DNA of 63,326 nucleotides, filler included, from Gonapodya sp. JEL0774 (GCA_027604505.1; 22 parts of 22 records of this genome joined end to end with filler, not necessarily neighbours in it), one strand, 5' to 3'; positions 24,445 through 37,582 are shown, counted from the first letter of the whole stretch. Translations and numbers: made by a program. Notes: generated by a model not told the origin, from the letters alone.

Positions 24445-25956
24445 CTAAAATTCGATACACCGAACAACTTTGTCTAATGGCATAACATTCACACCCTCTT
24501 GAAGTAACTTCTGCTCAGTAGCCCTCAGCGCTTGTTTGAATGTAACGACGTGTCTTTGGAGCTCCGCCGGAAACTCATAATTGACACCGATCATTGTGGA
24601 GTCCTGCAGCGGATTTGGTATAAAATCCAAGAATGATGCGCTCCACATGAACTGTTTGTACCAGTCACCCCAAGACTGGACCATGACCTCGAACTGAGCT
24701 TTTGAAAGGCTGGATTCCTGAGGCCCTGGGCACCTGGGCCTGTGCACCACACTGGTGTTGCCTGCGTACTCTCGAAGACTGGCGTGGTCTCCTGAGTGCC
24801 AGAAGGAGACTGCGAAGATAAAGTTGGCGACTGAAAAGGCGACAAGTTCCTTGTCCGACTTCACTTCCTCCCCACTTGGAAAGAATGGGGAGACCTTGTG
24901 CACGGCATCGAAAAACCGCACAACGTCCAGCTCGTAACTTTGGTTGGAAGACAAGACGATGTTCTGCACGAATTCCAAAACAACTTGATAGTAGGCGGAG
25001 AGCCAACGGTTGTATTGGAGATTTTGGTCCCATTTCAAAGGCGCCCGTCCAGAAATCAGCGGGGGACAACCACCTTTGTGGAAAATTGACCAGTGCTGTG
25101 ATCGGTTCGGGATATTGATAGAATTGTATGGAAGCCAAACCTTTCAAATGAGGAATCTGCATTCGGAAGGAGTGTAGGGTCTTGGAACCACAACTAGTGT
25201 ACTCACACTTTCACCTGCAAGAGGAGTCCAAGACCCATAAAGAACTGCAGCATTGATTTCTAAATGCGTCCGAAGATGAGGTTCCAAAAGATGTTTGAGT
25301 ATTGATGTCTCCGGTAACATGTTTCTGGCAAGGGCATTGAAAGAGTCCAGCGGGAAGTGTATACGAGCATGGTAAAACCACACGAAGAAGGCAAAATTGG
25401 CGTGCAGGACGAAAACCTTGGCCATTTCCCAGTTTTCGCCGTCCTCTGGATAGAATATCTTTCCCCCAAGTTCGATTCTGTCTACAGAAATGCGGTGTCC
25501 CGGGGACTTTCGAGGATTCAGGCAGAAATGCGCGATGAAGTCATACGTGTAAATGCCGCGACTGGGCAGCGCCTCTGTCATTTGAAGCTCCGGAAACGCT
25601 CCCAATTTGTAAGGCATCTCATCCGCAAGTAGTGCATTGTGGTCTGTTATTTGAAGCTCCGGAAAACCTCCCGATTCGTAAGACCTCTCATCCGTATTTA
25701 GTGCATTGTAGTCTTCTTCTCCGATAAGCAGAGTTGCATCAGAGTCTTCCCGTCTGAACAGAGCCTTCTTTTGTTCGCTGGAGGTTTCAACAGGCATCTC
25801 TACCAGTTTTCCACCACTTCCACCCGCCACCTGCATCATCCCACCCAGAGCACTCTCCTCATAAATGCGACAAAAGTCCTCATCATTGTGCCAATGCAGG
25901 CGCCGCACCTGGGCCGGGCGGATCAGAGACTTGATCAGGAACACCACTGTGTGATA
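24445..25956 (-). CDS. Divergent lipoxygenase-like non-heme metal dioxygenase, 5' truncated; exons 25207-25956 and 24445-25140
   Basis: WEMAKVFV..YHARIHFPLDSFNALARNMLPETSILKHLLEPHLRTHLEIN aligns with the LOX His-rich helix; FIFAVSFWHSGDH aligns with the LOX S-x-x-HAAVN motif; C-terminus RCIEF*. Confidence 0.75.
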
Positions 25957-26056
25957 NNNNNNNNNNNNNNNNNNNNNNNNNNNNNNNNNNNNNNNNNNNN
26001 TTAATTAATTAANNNNNNNNNNNNNNNNNNNNNNNNNNNNNNNNNNNNNNNNNNNN

Positions 26057-28840
26057 CATTGACAGACCATAAACTGTCACTGCTCTGACTGTCTGATTGC
26101 GCCTGCTTCCGCTTCCCCGGAGTAACAAGGGGCTCAGCGACATCAGTCCCACCAACTGCACCGTGTGAGACACGCGGGCTGTCGCGCGCAGAACGGGCAT
26201 CCTCCTGAATCAAGATATCAGAAGATGGGTGCGTCTGTGGCAAATGGATGATAGAAGAGCCGAAAAGGTAAACGGAGTCTGCTGTATGTTCATGGACCAG
26301 GAGACTGCGCATGCAGAAGGCCAGTGGTACAAAAGAAGCGAGCCACGTGATCAGAAGATCAAATCAAAGGCATAAGGGAGTGCAAACACTAACCCAACTT
26401 CTACTCCACAGCTGCGACAAGAAAGTGCACTGTAAGCTACCCTGTCGACCGCATTCCACAATGCAGGCGACAACTCTGCATCTGAGCTGACGTCCGTGAT
26501 TCCTGCGAAAGCTTCAAGAGACGAAGCTCCAAAAAACCAACCCTGGTTCGCCACATCTTTAACTTGTGCTGTTCTCCGCAGGTACTCGAGATTCTTTGGG
26601 ATTTCTTGCGTGGGATTCGACTGTCCTCGTGGTACTTGACCCCATCGTACGAGCATCTCAAAACACTGACTGCAAGAAGCTCCCGTAAATTGAAGCTCAT
26701 TTGGTGACGAAGTGCAGCTGTGAGCATTGGAAGATGTTGCGCTGGGCACGTCGGAAACAGGCGGATCGAAAACATCCTCCAGCCCACTGTGAAACATATC
26801 TTCGATGAGCCCGAAGTCAGCTACGTGGATCGCTTCTGAGGGTATAGGTGGAGATGGTAGTTGGTGCGGAGAAGCACTATCCGGAGAGGGTGCGAGGTGG
26901 GCCGCAACTCCGGCGGACCGAAAACCAGCGTTCGAGGACACCTGGGGAGTCACCACCATGCTAATCATATGCTTCTGGATACTACTCGATTGATCACTGG
27001 GCCCTGGAGTCGGGGGCACTGTTGCAGTTCTCACACCGGAATTGTCCAGTGGATGTGTGGTTTGATCCACTTGAGAAGTGATATCAGCTAGCGGTTCGCG
27101 TCGAAACTTTGAAAGATTCGCCCTGTGTATGTCAAAGACCGGTGGTCGAACTTCATCAGAGGCCGCTGTCTTCACAGTGGTCGTGATTGTGTCCGAGTCA
27201 CCAACATGAAAAGGATTTGACATTGGCGACGTGGCAACAAGAGTATCGGCAGGTTCGCTGGTTCACAAAATGAAGGTGAACGATCTTTGATGCCCAGCGT
27301 CAAAGATAAAAGTTCAATGATCTACCTCCCCCGTGCTTCCCATCCATAATGTCGTCGATCTTGCAACCACGCCGTGAGGCTTTCCTCGGCAGCAGGGAAA
27401 TCTCGAAACTTGACGACCCGCGATCGCAGCCATCTGCTCACCATGCCCAGTTGCTTGTCGTTCTGGAAGCGTGAGTCTTGTACAAAATTACAGGTGAGGA
27501 TGGGCTTTCATAGGGCTTCCGAGAATCGCAAACACAGATCATCTCACCCAAGAGTATAACTGCACCCCAGTCTGCACAGCCAAGGGTAATGCGATATCAT
27601 AGATTAAAACGCCATAACTTTGAATCCTCGAAAATGGAATCCATACCTTTTCTATGCCGTATTGTCCGACCAAGCGCCTGATTCAGAGCCCGAAAGGCTT
27701 GTATCTCGTACCACATGCCACCTACATTTTCGTAAGGAGATCAAATGCCACATTTTAGTGTGAGAATCGGTTATAATGGGAGAAAAGCAACAACGTGTTG
27801 GTGTTCTGTGGGTTAGAACATTCCAGACACACACCATTCATGATCCCCAAAGACGCCATACTATCGTTGTACTTTTTCTTTTGCACGACGGCCGGATCTC
27901 TTGCGTTTGCATACTAGATCGATCAAGGGGGACAATGTTGCCGACATGGTCCATCAAAAAAATGTGCACAAACCCCGAGCTCCGTTTTCCCAGCCCGAAC
28001 CCACCGGAATCCCCACTCCAATCACGGCCCTGCTCTGATCGTCCGAGAAGTCGATCCCCTCGGACAATTTTCCCCGATACACTGCGAAGATCATGGCGCC
28101 TTTCTTCCCAACACGGAGGCTCGTCTGGTAGTCCTTGATCACTTGGTCGCATTCGCCCTTGCCCGTACCCTTGGGCTCGAGGTAGACCTGGATCGGAAGG
28201 CAAGAGGACGGGTGAGGCCGCAGCGCACCGAGAGGACACACGATATCGGTGGGAGAAGGAGACGAACGCCAACCTCTTTACATTCCTTCATCTGTCCAAA
28301 CACTCCCGTCGCTTCCCACCGAGCCACCAGCTTCTCGATCAAGGAGTACGAAGGGAGAAACACCAAGACCCCCGCTGGGATGAGCCGGATCAAGCGGAGG
28401 ATAGTGTCGCCCAGACCGTCCTGGAAAACCAACACGAGACACGAATCGTTTCCAGTCGTGCGACAAATTGCTGTCATGGGCCATTGGCAAGCTGCATTTA
28501 CCTGAAAATCGTACGTATCAAAGTGCTTGAACGTGCACGTGAAGGGAGCACCCTGTGCCGTCGTACCGAGCACACCTGCCCACACCTACGTCCACCCACC
28601 GAGAAGCGTGAGAACACGGAAACACATCGAGTCACCACCACGTCTCCCTATTCCCATTTCCCATATCCCACAAACCACCCCACCCACCTGATGCCCCCCC
28701 ACCACGTGGTTCGCCTCCACCCTGAGAGGAAACGGCGCGCCAAGTTCGCTCTGGAACGCGTCCAGAGGGGATAGAGTCCCCGAGGTGAGCACGATGGATC
28801 GGGCGGCGGCGAGGTCGGAGAAGGCGACGCGGGGGTTGAG
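26057..28840 (-). CDS. BRIP1: XPD/DinG-family Fe-S DNA helicase, FANCJ/BRIP1-like; helicase C-terminal domain plus tail, truncated
   Basis: [90 protein letters not shown]1 is a less likely alternative. Confidence 0.8.
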
Positions 28841-28940
28841 NNNNNNNNNNNNNNNNNNNNNNNNNNNNNNNNNNNNNNNNNNNNTTAATTAATTAANNNN
28901 NNNNNNNNNNNNNNNNNNNNNNNNNNNNNNNNNNNNNNNN

Positions 28941-30302
28941 CCGGTTGAGTTGAAGCCAAAATTCCCTCGTGACCCGGGGCTGGATACAACGACTCCGTCT
29001 TCGGGAAGGGACCTGCCATATATACGAAGTGGGTCGTCGACCATCCGGCCTGGCGCAAAAGAATGAGCGTGACGAGTGGCAGGAGGGAGCCCCCGGCGCA
29101 GGGGTAGGTCCAAGGGTCCAAGTTGTGTTCCTGAAGGGGACCGAGTGAGGTTATGACCCGCCATGGAATTGAAATTGCTCAATTGACTGCGTCCCGAAGT
29201 TTCAGACATAGTTGAATAGGTTCCAACTGATCGCCCGTTGCCATTTTCGCGAGCGATTTGCAGCTGTTCCATTGGCGTGAGCAGTTCCGACAGCGAGGAT
29301 GGCAGGAGAGAAGCGGGCGACCCACCACCTCCGTCGTCCGAGCGCCGAGTTGGTCGAGGTGCCACGGCAACAGGCTCAGAGCGGGTGAAGGAGGATCCGG
29401 GAGGGGGGGATATTGGTCCCCGGAACTGAGTTGGCGACCCCATCACCACCGGCGCGTTCGGCGGCGATGCGGACAATGCGGAGGAAGCACCCGGCCCAGA
29501 ACCATTCAGGATTCGATTGACGGCATTGACTTCCAGATCCGTAAGATCACCTCGACGATTTTTGCGCTTGATGTCACCATCAACAGGGACAATGTGGAGG
29601 AGCGCACAGTTGGCGCCGTACTTGCAATTTCCGTTAACAAAGTCTACCACGTGTCGATTAATGGAATCATTAGAGACTCAAGATCGTCAAGAGCGAAATG
29701 CTCAATCTCACATTTGCAAATAATGGTATCCGTCGGAGCTTCGTGGGAAAACGCGCAGGCGCGACCTGCTGTACACCTTCCCTGGTGGAAAAACTTGCAA
29801 GGTACGTGTCTCACAGAAGTACCTTACAATATTAAGTTGATATGTTGAGCTTCGTGCCTTGTTCCATTCCACCTGTCAATTTACGAAACTCGCCTTTCTC
29901 CTCTGCCTCTCGACTCGTTCTCGAACCCCCCCTGCCACCCGCTGAGGGCTGCTGACCTCCACCTCGTCCATTTCTTTGCTGATTTTGAGCCCTCGCGCGC
30001 TCCTGTGCTCCGCTTGCCGGGGGCGGCCGAGGGAAAGAAGGTCCCGCTTGCAAAATCATGAACGAGTCCTGGGTCTGTGATCGGGGGAAACTGGGCTGCA
30101 CTGGAGGACGGGAAAACGCTCCAGGCTGGTTCATTGTTGGGTATGGCAAGTCTGTTTGATTGTTGATTGATTGGCGTGTGACACATAAGATGTCATAAAT
30201 CAGCTCCGCAGCTCAAATCAGGGCAAAGTCCGTTTCAATCGAAGCTCAGCTTTTCTCACAGGTTGGATCCGCCATGTGGCTGAGTTCTTCCATGGTCGCC
30301 AT
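28941..30302 (-). CDS. Tandem CCCH zinc-finger protein, Lee1/Cps3 (makorin-related) type, 3' truncated; start approximate
   Basis: HVPCKFFHQGRCTAGRACAFSH and ICK|.FVNGNCKYGANCALLH; downstream LLPSSLSELLTP motif typical of this fungal family. Confidence 0.8.
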
Positions 30303-30494
30303 GGCCGAGCAATGGACCAGCGGTTGGAAAGGTCACGGGTGGGTTGGGGTTCTCGATCCTGCAGCCAAGAGGTTTGCGATAACAAAAAAAGGGGGCGAAT
30401 CTCCACATATTATCTCCCAGGCCCTCGTTCATACACTGCAACTTGACTGCCATGATTATAGTTATATTCCAGACACGGAGAAAGAGCGATCGGG

Positions 30495-31723
30495 TTATTG
30501 TTTTAATCGCCATGCAGCCTTCTTCCCTGCCCAAAACGGAACAACCTCTCGTTGGACCCCTTCATCATCTTGGAACCGCAGTGCACCATCTACAATCCAC
30601 TCATCCTTCACGAGCGTAATCACTGGTGCGTTGCTCGCCCTGGTTGGTAATCCATAGAATAACCGACCGTTCTTGCACCCGAAGCTCTGGATCTGCTCCA
30701 GGGCTCCGAAACTATCCAAAACGGAAGCGAGGTAGGAAGCTGTGTGAGGCGTCGTAAAAACCCCGGCGTGTGCGTGTGCCGTTTCTTTGGTATGCCGAGG
30801 GTGCGGTGCCGAATCGGTGCCCAAGAAGAAGCGAGGGTGACCTGAGGGAATCATGGAACAGCTTAGTCTGAATGTGGTCGACCAAGCGAATTGCAAACTG
30901 TAGATCCCGTCATAAGCCATCGCTCAGATACCGTCGTAGAATAGGAAGTGTGAATCTTCATAATCGTGATTCTAGAACCATAACCGAATCCGTTGTCATC
31001 GCCGCGAAAGCCTCATTGACGCGAAAACTATCCCACGTGCATTTCACGAGATCCTCTAACTTACCTTCCTTAATAGCGTGTCTCAGAGCTTCCCTATCAC
31101 TAGGCAGCTTCGCGACTGGTTTGCAAAAGTGATGGTTTTGCCCTGCCCAGTCGTCCACGACCAGATCCAAATGATGCACAGTTATCGAGCACCCCACTGT
31201 ATCGCCTAACGATTTGACACACTCCACAGCTGCCTGCGTCGTAGCGTGCTCCAGGACAATCTTGAGTCGCGGGAAGTCGCGGTGCAGGGTGACCAGATGC
31301 TGGAGGAACCGTTCCTCGGCGTTAAGGATGGTGATACCGCGAGCATGATCAGAAGGGATTTCGCCATGGAGGTTGAGCACCAGGCCACACTCTTCCATGG
31401 CTTTGAACACTGGATAGTACGTGGTGTAGCTTTCAATCCCCGAGTCTGAGTTGGTGGTCACACCTCGAGGGTAAGACTTGACACCTGTGGTGATTAAACA
31501 CAGATGCGAAACCCTTCTTAGAGCAAAGGTCCTCATCATCCTTCTGGATGCACCACGTCATTCCAGAATAACAAACCCACCCACCACTCCAGCAGCCTTC
31601 GCCTTCCTCACCTCCTCTGCCGTTAGCTCCGGAGTCAAATAGAGGCTCATTAAAAATTCCACTCCGGGTGCCAGGGCCTCGAGATCCTTTTTATAGCTCA
31701 AAGCCATGTCGGTAGTTGTTATG
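30495..31723 (-). CDS. URA4: Dihydroorotase (type II), 5' truncated
   Basis: MSLYLTP; GVKSYPRGVTTNS; LVLNLHGE; IVLEHATT; ITVHHL; FCKPVAK; FFLGTDSAPH. Confidence 0.96.
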
Positions 31724-31875
31724 NNNNNNNNNNNNNNNNNNNNNNNNNNNNNNNNNNNNNNNNNNNNTTAATTAATTAANNNNNNNNNNNNNNNNNNNNN
31801 NNNNNNNNNNNNNNNNNNNNNNNTGAGCATTGCCTTGGGGAATAGCGGGTTACGAGTACCCGGCTCTGAAAGTGT

Positions 31876-33003
31876 TCATCGATTCTCTAATCAGACAATC
31901 GGCAAGCGTTTACTTCAAACCTTCAACATACCAAAAGACCGCACGTTTCCCTTGTCCCCTGCGACCAGAAGCGTTTTCCCGGAAATCGTTGGATCTTCCA
32001 TGCAAACAAGGTAGCTACAAGAAAGAAGTAAGACACGTGTGGAAACATCCGCAAGCCTGGCAGCTACCTTTGTCCTGCACTCACGCGTTTAATAGCACCG
32101 GCATGGGTACCCAACCACCACCGGCTTTCAGCTTCTCCTCTCCCATCAACTTTGTCGCTTCCTCGATAGTGGAGGCCCTCTTCTCAATGTAGACAGTTCC
32201 AGGAGCCACAACATTCATTCGAATCCGCGGTCCCTTGTATGCCTTTGACCTCACGCTACCGTCAAAAACATCCGCCATTCGCATCATCGCCATTTTGACG
32301 GTGGCATACACGTAGTGGGGTCGCACGACCCCGGGGAAACCAACACCGCTGCCAGTCCAAATGATGGAGCCGGGATGATGGTGTCGGCGCCAGTGAGTTA
32401 GAGCTGTTCGATAGAGTTTAGTCGGTGTTACAACAGAATGTAGGATTTCGTCTGTTCGCCCACACTCACCGTAATTCATGATTCTCATTTGACCTATGAG
32501 ACCAGTGTTTATGTCCGTCTCCCAGTAGTCAAGATCTTCATCAACCATCTCCCACCAGGAAGCTTTTGCCGGATTTGGGTTGGCCGATGACCACGCGTTG
32601 AGAATGAGATGCTTGAAACGGTGTTGGTTCGTCAAGGATCAGAGATGCAAAATAACACATTACACCTACGTCAATCATTCCGAATCGACTCAAGCTGGGG
32701 ATCGGTGGTCAATCAGAGGTGGTGGTGAGCGACAGGTTCGTAGTTAATCTCGATTGGAAGCACCCACGTCTTATCCCATAGATTCCTCATATCATCCTTG
32801 CTCAGCACATCCGCCGACGTATATTCAAAGTTTTCTTTCGCATACGGATACTTGGTCCCCAGCAATTCCTTCTGCGCGGCAAGTTTGTCAGTGGAGCGTC
32901 CGGAAACCATGACTTTGTACCCCAGCGAGATTAGAAAATCAGCCAGAGCTTTGCCGATTCCCGTTGACGCGCCGACGATGAGCACGACTTGTCCTGCAGG
33001 CAT
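31876..33003 (-). CDS. Short-chain dehydrogenase/reductase, multi-exon
   Basis: Rossmann motif VVLIVGASTGIGKALA; ILNA; catalytic YATVK (YxxxK); IRMNVVAPG; predicted end RSFENR*. Confidence 0.88.
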
Positions 33004-33122
33004 TATTCAAACGTAAATGTGAATGACTGTGATAATTGTCGGTGACTGAGTAGCCGATCATTGATCCGTTCACCGACCCTTCCATTACATATCTTACGCC
33101 TGTAGGTTCCAACATAATGTAC

Positions 33123-34029
33123 TTAAACACCACCATCTCCCACAACCGCCTCGCATTCTAGAATCGCTGCTCCCACAAGTTCACCCATTTTGTCGTACCC
33201 GTCCGCAGTCAAGTGAGTACCGTCTGGGTCAAAAAATGCACTCTGGGCAAGTTCTCCGGAGTCAGCAGTGAGCACTTGAAGGGGAAAATGGGCAGCCAGA
33301 TCGAAGACGTGTGTTCGCTTGGCAAGGCCTCCCAGAGATCTATCACATCAGCATCGGGAGTCAAAGGATTTCGTTACTTCTGTTAGCCCGCAACCACCGG
33401 ACATCAAATTGCGCACTACGTGCTCACTCAATATGTCCGTTCAGCTGAGAGCGTTTGGCGGGTACATGGAGCTCCGGCCACAAGTGTGCTTCCGGATAGT
33501 CCAAGACGCTCAACGCGAGTACCTTTGTGGCGGGATTACTTTGAAGTGCTTGTATGTATAGATCCTTCAACGCATTCGCAATGCGTTCGGGCTGGGAGGG
33601 GATTGTAAACCAAAGGCAAGGTACTGCATGATCACGAAACATACACACTGTTTTACTCGCATCCTCGATGTCATTGGTTCCTTGATGCATCATGCGGGGA
33701 AATCGATACAGATGACTCGTTGCGAAAAAACTGAAGCTCTGTACACCACCCATCTAGTATGTACCTCCAAGAATCACAACCCAATCAAAGGGGAAATCCT
33801 TGGACTCATCGAGTCTCTTCGCAAGTCTGCCTTTGAAGCCAGGATTCTCTGTCGACGGAACAACGTTGTCCCCTCTCATGCCTTCGACAACCACGTCCAC
33901 TTCTGCCATGGCAGGATTTGCGCGCAGAACCTCCCCAAGACGTATGCCATATGACCGATCCAGACCACCTGAGTGAGCGCCAAGTGTGTATGAATCGCCT
34001 AGGAGGAGGATTCGGCGTGACTTGCTCAT
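33123..34029 (-). CDS. SGNH/GDSL hydrolase (esterase), multi-exon, complete
   Basis: Block I ILLLGDSYTLG; block III ILGG|TND; block V DPDGTHLTADGY. Confidence 0.9.
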
Positions 34030-34704
34030 GAGCGAACTCGATAGAGCGGATCATCTTCGCAATGTTTCATTTTGCTGCGGACAACCTGACTAAAATGCTC
34101 ACAAAACTTCGCAAAACTAACGGTACCAAACTAATTAGCAACAAAACTACAAATGCCAATGGTTGTAGCTCTCAATATGGAGCCCATTATCACATCCGTT
34201 CGAGACGGCTGGTGATCGCACGCAACATAGCACACACGCAGTACAACTCTGATCATATGAAGCTCGTCGATTCGCTTCTCCATGTACTCAGTCCGACAAC
34301 TTTTAAGCTCACTACGAGAAAATCTGATTCCACTTTGCGTCCTTTGATCACGTCACTCCAAAACTGGTTGCGCATCACCGCTCTGGCAGGTGCTGTTATG
34401 GCTCTCGCAGTGTCCCCTACGTGCTCTGCAACTCGTCTAGCAGGTGCTGCGACCCCCGCATGCATGGATGTTCGCGAACTGGGCCGGTAAGATGTCATGG
34501 GGATCGGGTCGAACTGGAAAGTACTGTTCACCCGCCGAGTGGGAAGCTCCATCGAAGATCTTCTGTGCATGCTACCACTCGGTGAGAATCGTCGTAGCCA
34601 ATCTNNNNNNNNNNNNNNNNNNNNNNNNNNNNNNNNNNNNNNNNNNNNTTAATTAATTAANNNNNNNNNNNNNNNNNNNNNNNNNNNNNNNNNNNNNNNN
34701 NNNN

Positions 34705-37482
34705 GGCAATTGTGATTAGGCATTTACCTTTCTTGATTCTTTGCACTTGATTTTAAAAATGCCACTCTCCTTGTAAGGGTTCAATACATGAACCGTAACC
34801 AGTTTTGCTGGTATCTCATATAGCAGGGATCTTGTGTGAAGAGTTTGGCTTGGCTCCATGCCCCCAACAATAGCTTTCAGCATAAACATGAGCACAGAAC
34901 CTCTGTTTAAGGTCATTTTCTTGCTCCGTATGACAAGACGTCCAGGAAAACTTCGATCACTCCAGTTCCCTGCAAACTCAACAGGAAGCTTGAACTGTCC
35001 CTGATTGAAATACACCATCAACTAACAATCATGCACCACATTGCTCTTAAGCACCAATTACCTCTGGTTCAAGAGTGATCACAGCATATTTTTTATCCAC
35101 AAAGAACCCATCTCCTTCCACCACAGTGGCATAGGAGATTACTTTTCTTGTTATGTTTGTGATTTCAACAAACTTTGTAATTGGTTTATGTACTTTGCCC
35201 AAAAACTGCACAGTGTTGTTGCTGGAGCTTACTGATGGAAGAGTTTGCAATAAAAAGGTAAGAAGCAGTACTGAATCAACTAAAATTAGATTGTGTTTGT
35301 ATGGACTGCATCAGTCAAACAAGGGATTCACTTTTTCTTGAAAATGACAAAAACACTCACAGTAAGGATAATTTTGACCCCAGAAAGCATCTGCAGGTGT
35401 TCTGGGCCTTGATTTTCCATATATCCAATCTAATGCAGAGTTGATAATAACCCAGTTTGAATTGGATTCCAGTTCAGAAACACCATCCCACTGAAATTCA
35501 GGCATGAGAGACTTTCCAATATCTGGAAGGTAACTCAGAATAATATGAGCAAAGAGAGCACCATTCCAAATGAGCAGGTAGTATTGTTTGCCTTGAAGTG
35601 GTTTCCCATTGTGCTGAGTAAGGGATAAGGTTAGATGTGGTAGAGGACACAAAATTGAGGTAACTGTCCTCACCTTTTCTGTTTGAGCACTAGCCCAATG
35701 CCAAATCAGTCTACAACCTGGATCACATTCAGTTCCCTGGGGGGATATCAAAAGTTGGTCCACATATTCTGGCATTCTTTGATCAGAGTACATTTTTAAG
35801 AGGGGAAGACTGGCAGTCGAATAAACAACAAAAATTTTGAGAATTTGAAGCAATATGTTCAGCCAAGATTCCATCTGTAGTATGTCAAAATGCTTTTCAA
35901 TTGTTTCATAATAATCAATCCATTCCTGAGAAAGCAAATCTCCATATGCTACCTGTGGTATGAAACCACTGAGACACTAGGCTAGCAAGCAACTGCAAAT
36001 CCCAATTCTTACAGATGTAATCTTCTGGTGTATCCAAATGTGAAAGTCTTTTGCCAAGAGAAGATACTGAGGCTTCAAGCCAGGAAGGATGGCTCCACTG
36101 GTACACAGACTTGTGAGCAATTCATTAAGAACACAATATCTGTCTTCCAGTGTTTCATTGCTAAACTTTAATCCTAGAAGTTCTATGAGAGAATACACAA
36201 AACAAATGGGAAGCTGACAAAACAAACCTGCTGCTCCACTTGTGAGCATTGAAGAGGTTCCAATTTGTTTTGCTCCAGCTAAACTATGGAGAATATCACG
36301 TAGGGCACCACCACCTAATGTTGCAAATGTTGAAGGGAAGCTCTGGAACAACTTCCCAGGGAACTAATATGTGAGTTAAAATAGCTAAATTAATCCCTAT
36401 TATCTTTACCTTAGAATCACTTGAGTGAGGACTGAGCCAACATTCAACAGAGGTCACAGTCTTCAGAAGATTGGCATGATATTGCCTCAAAATGGCCTCT
36501 CTGTGCAGAGGAATCCCTCCTGGGGTGAATGCTCTTGGTTTTGATGATTGTTTGTCATAGGTCTGTTCTTTTGTCACATATGCTTTAAGAAATTGAAATG
36601 ATTGTAGTGAAAAAGGACTTGAGTCTATGGCACCTGTGAAAGAAATACCAAATTTTTGATGCCTTGAATCATGAAATATGATTCTCCCTGAGTAAGCCTG
36701 TGCTGTACTTTTACTGATATTGGATGCAGTGACAGTGACTCTAACAGTAGTGGCTTCTCCATCATTCAAGATCAGTTCATCAAAATGCTCAAAATTGATC
36801 TGTACAATACGCTTAAGAGCCTCGTGCTCAGCTATTTCATAGTGGAGCTTGCACTTATCACGGGAATGGTTAATGACTCTAAAGGATACACTCGATGGAA
36901 CTCCAGGTGGCACAGCTGGAAGAACCAACTCAGGAGGATCAAAAACCAATGATGGCTTGATTCCAACACCAGTGACAGTTATATCAGAGGAACCTTGGAG
37001 ACCATCTAGAATTATGGAGAGTTGACTTGTATAGTACCCAGTAGCTATGGGAACAAAAGAGACTGCAATACTGTTCTTCTGCCCAGGTGCAATTTGACCC
37101 CACAATGGTTCCACTTTGAATACTGATGGAATTGAATGAGTGTCTCTTATCCACCAGTTCACAGTCTGACTTTCATTTGTGTTGGTTATCTCAATCACCT
37201 CTAATGCTGGTGCAGTTGGGAGAGGAAATCCTGTAACTATAACATAATTCCCAAAATGTAACTCTTTCTTGGAAAAGATGACTGGTGGGTTGACAGCATT
37301 GGCACAAACTTGCACTGAATCAGCCAAGCAACCAACAACTGCAAGAGGCAAGTCAAAACTATGAAGCCCAGTACTAGCAGGTTTGAAAATAAGTGGTAGT
37401 GTACACTTCTGTCCAGGTTGAACATCCAGGATGATAAGAGTGCCATCGTGATGAGACATAGATTTTGTCAAACCATCAAAAA
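34705..37482 (-). CDS. CFAP47: Cilia- and flagella-associated protein 47-like (Ig-like ASH repeats and calponin-homology region), internal fragment
   Basis: Repeated Ig-like blocks (FKVEPLWGQIAPGQ..VSFVP; GVGIKPSLVFDPPELVLPAVP), GAILPGLKPQYLL, ESWLNILLQILKIF, CH-like WNGALFAHIILSYLP. Confidence 0.75.
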
Positions 37483-37582
37483 NNNNNNNNNNNNNNNNNN
37501 NNNNNNNNNNNNNNNNNNNNNNNNNNTTAATTAATTAANNNNNNNNNNNNNNNNNNNNNNNNNNNNNNNNNNNNNNNNNNNN

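Noticed and set aside
31876..34029. Adjacent SGNH hydrolase and SDR as a metabolic gene cluster
   Set aside because: Two generic enzyme families in a compact genome, with no backbone synthase, transporter or regulator on the contig
34253..34604. Possible 3' gene fragment at the end of contig 12
   Set aside because: No frame or family could be supported
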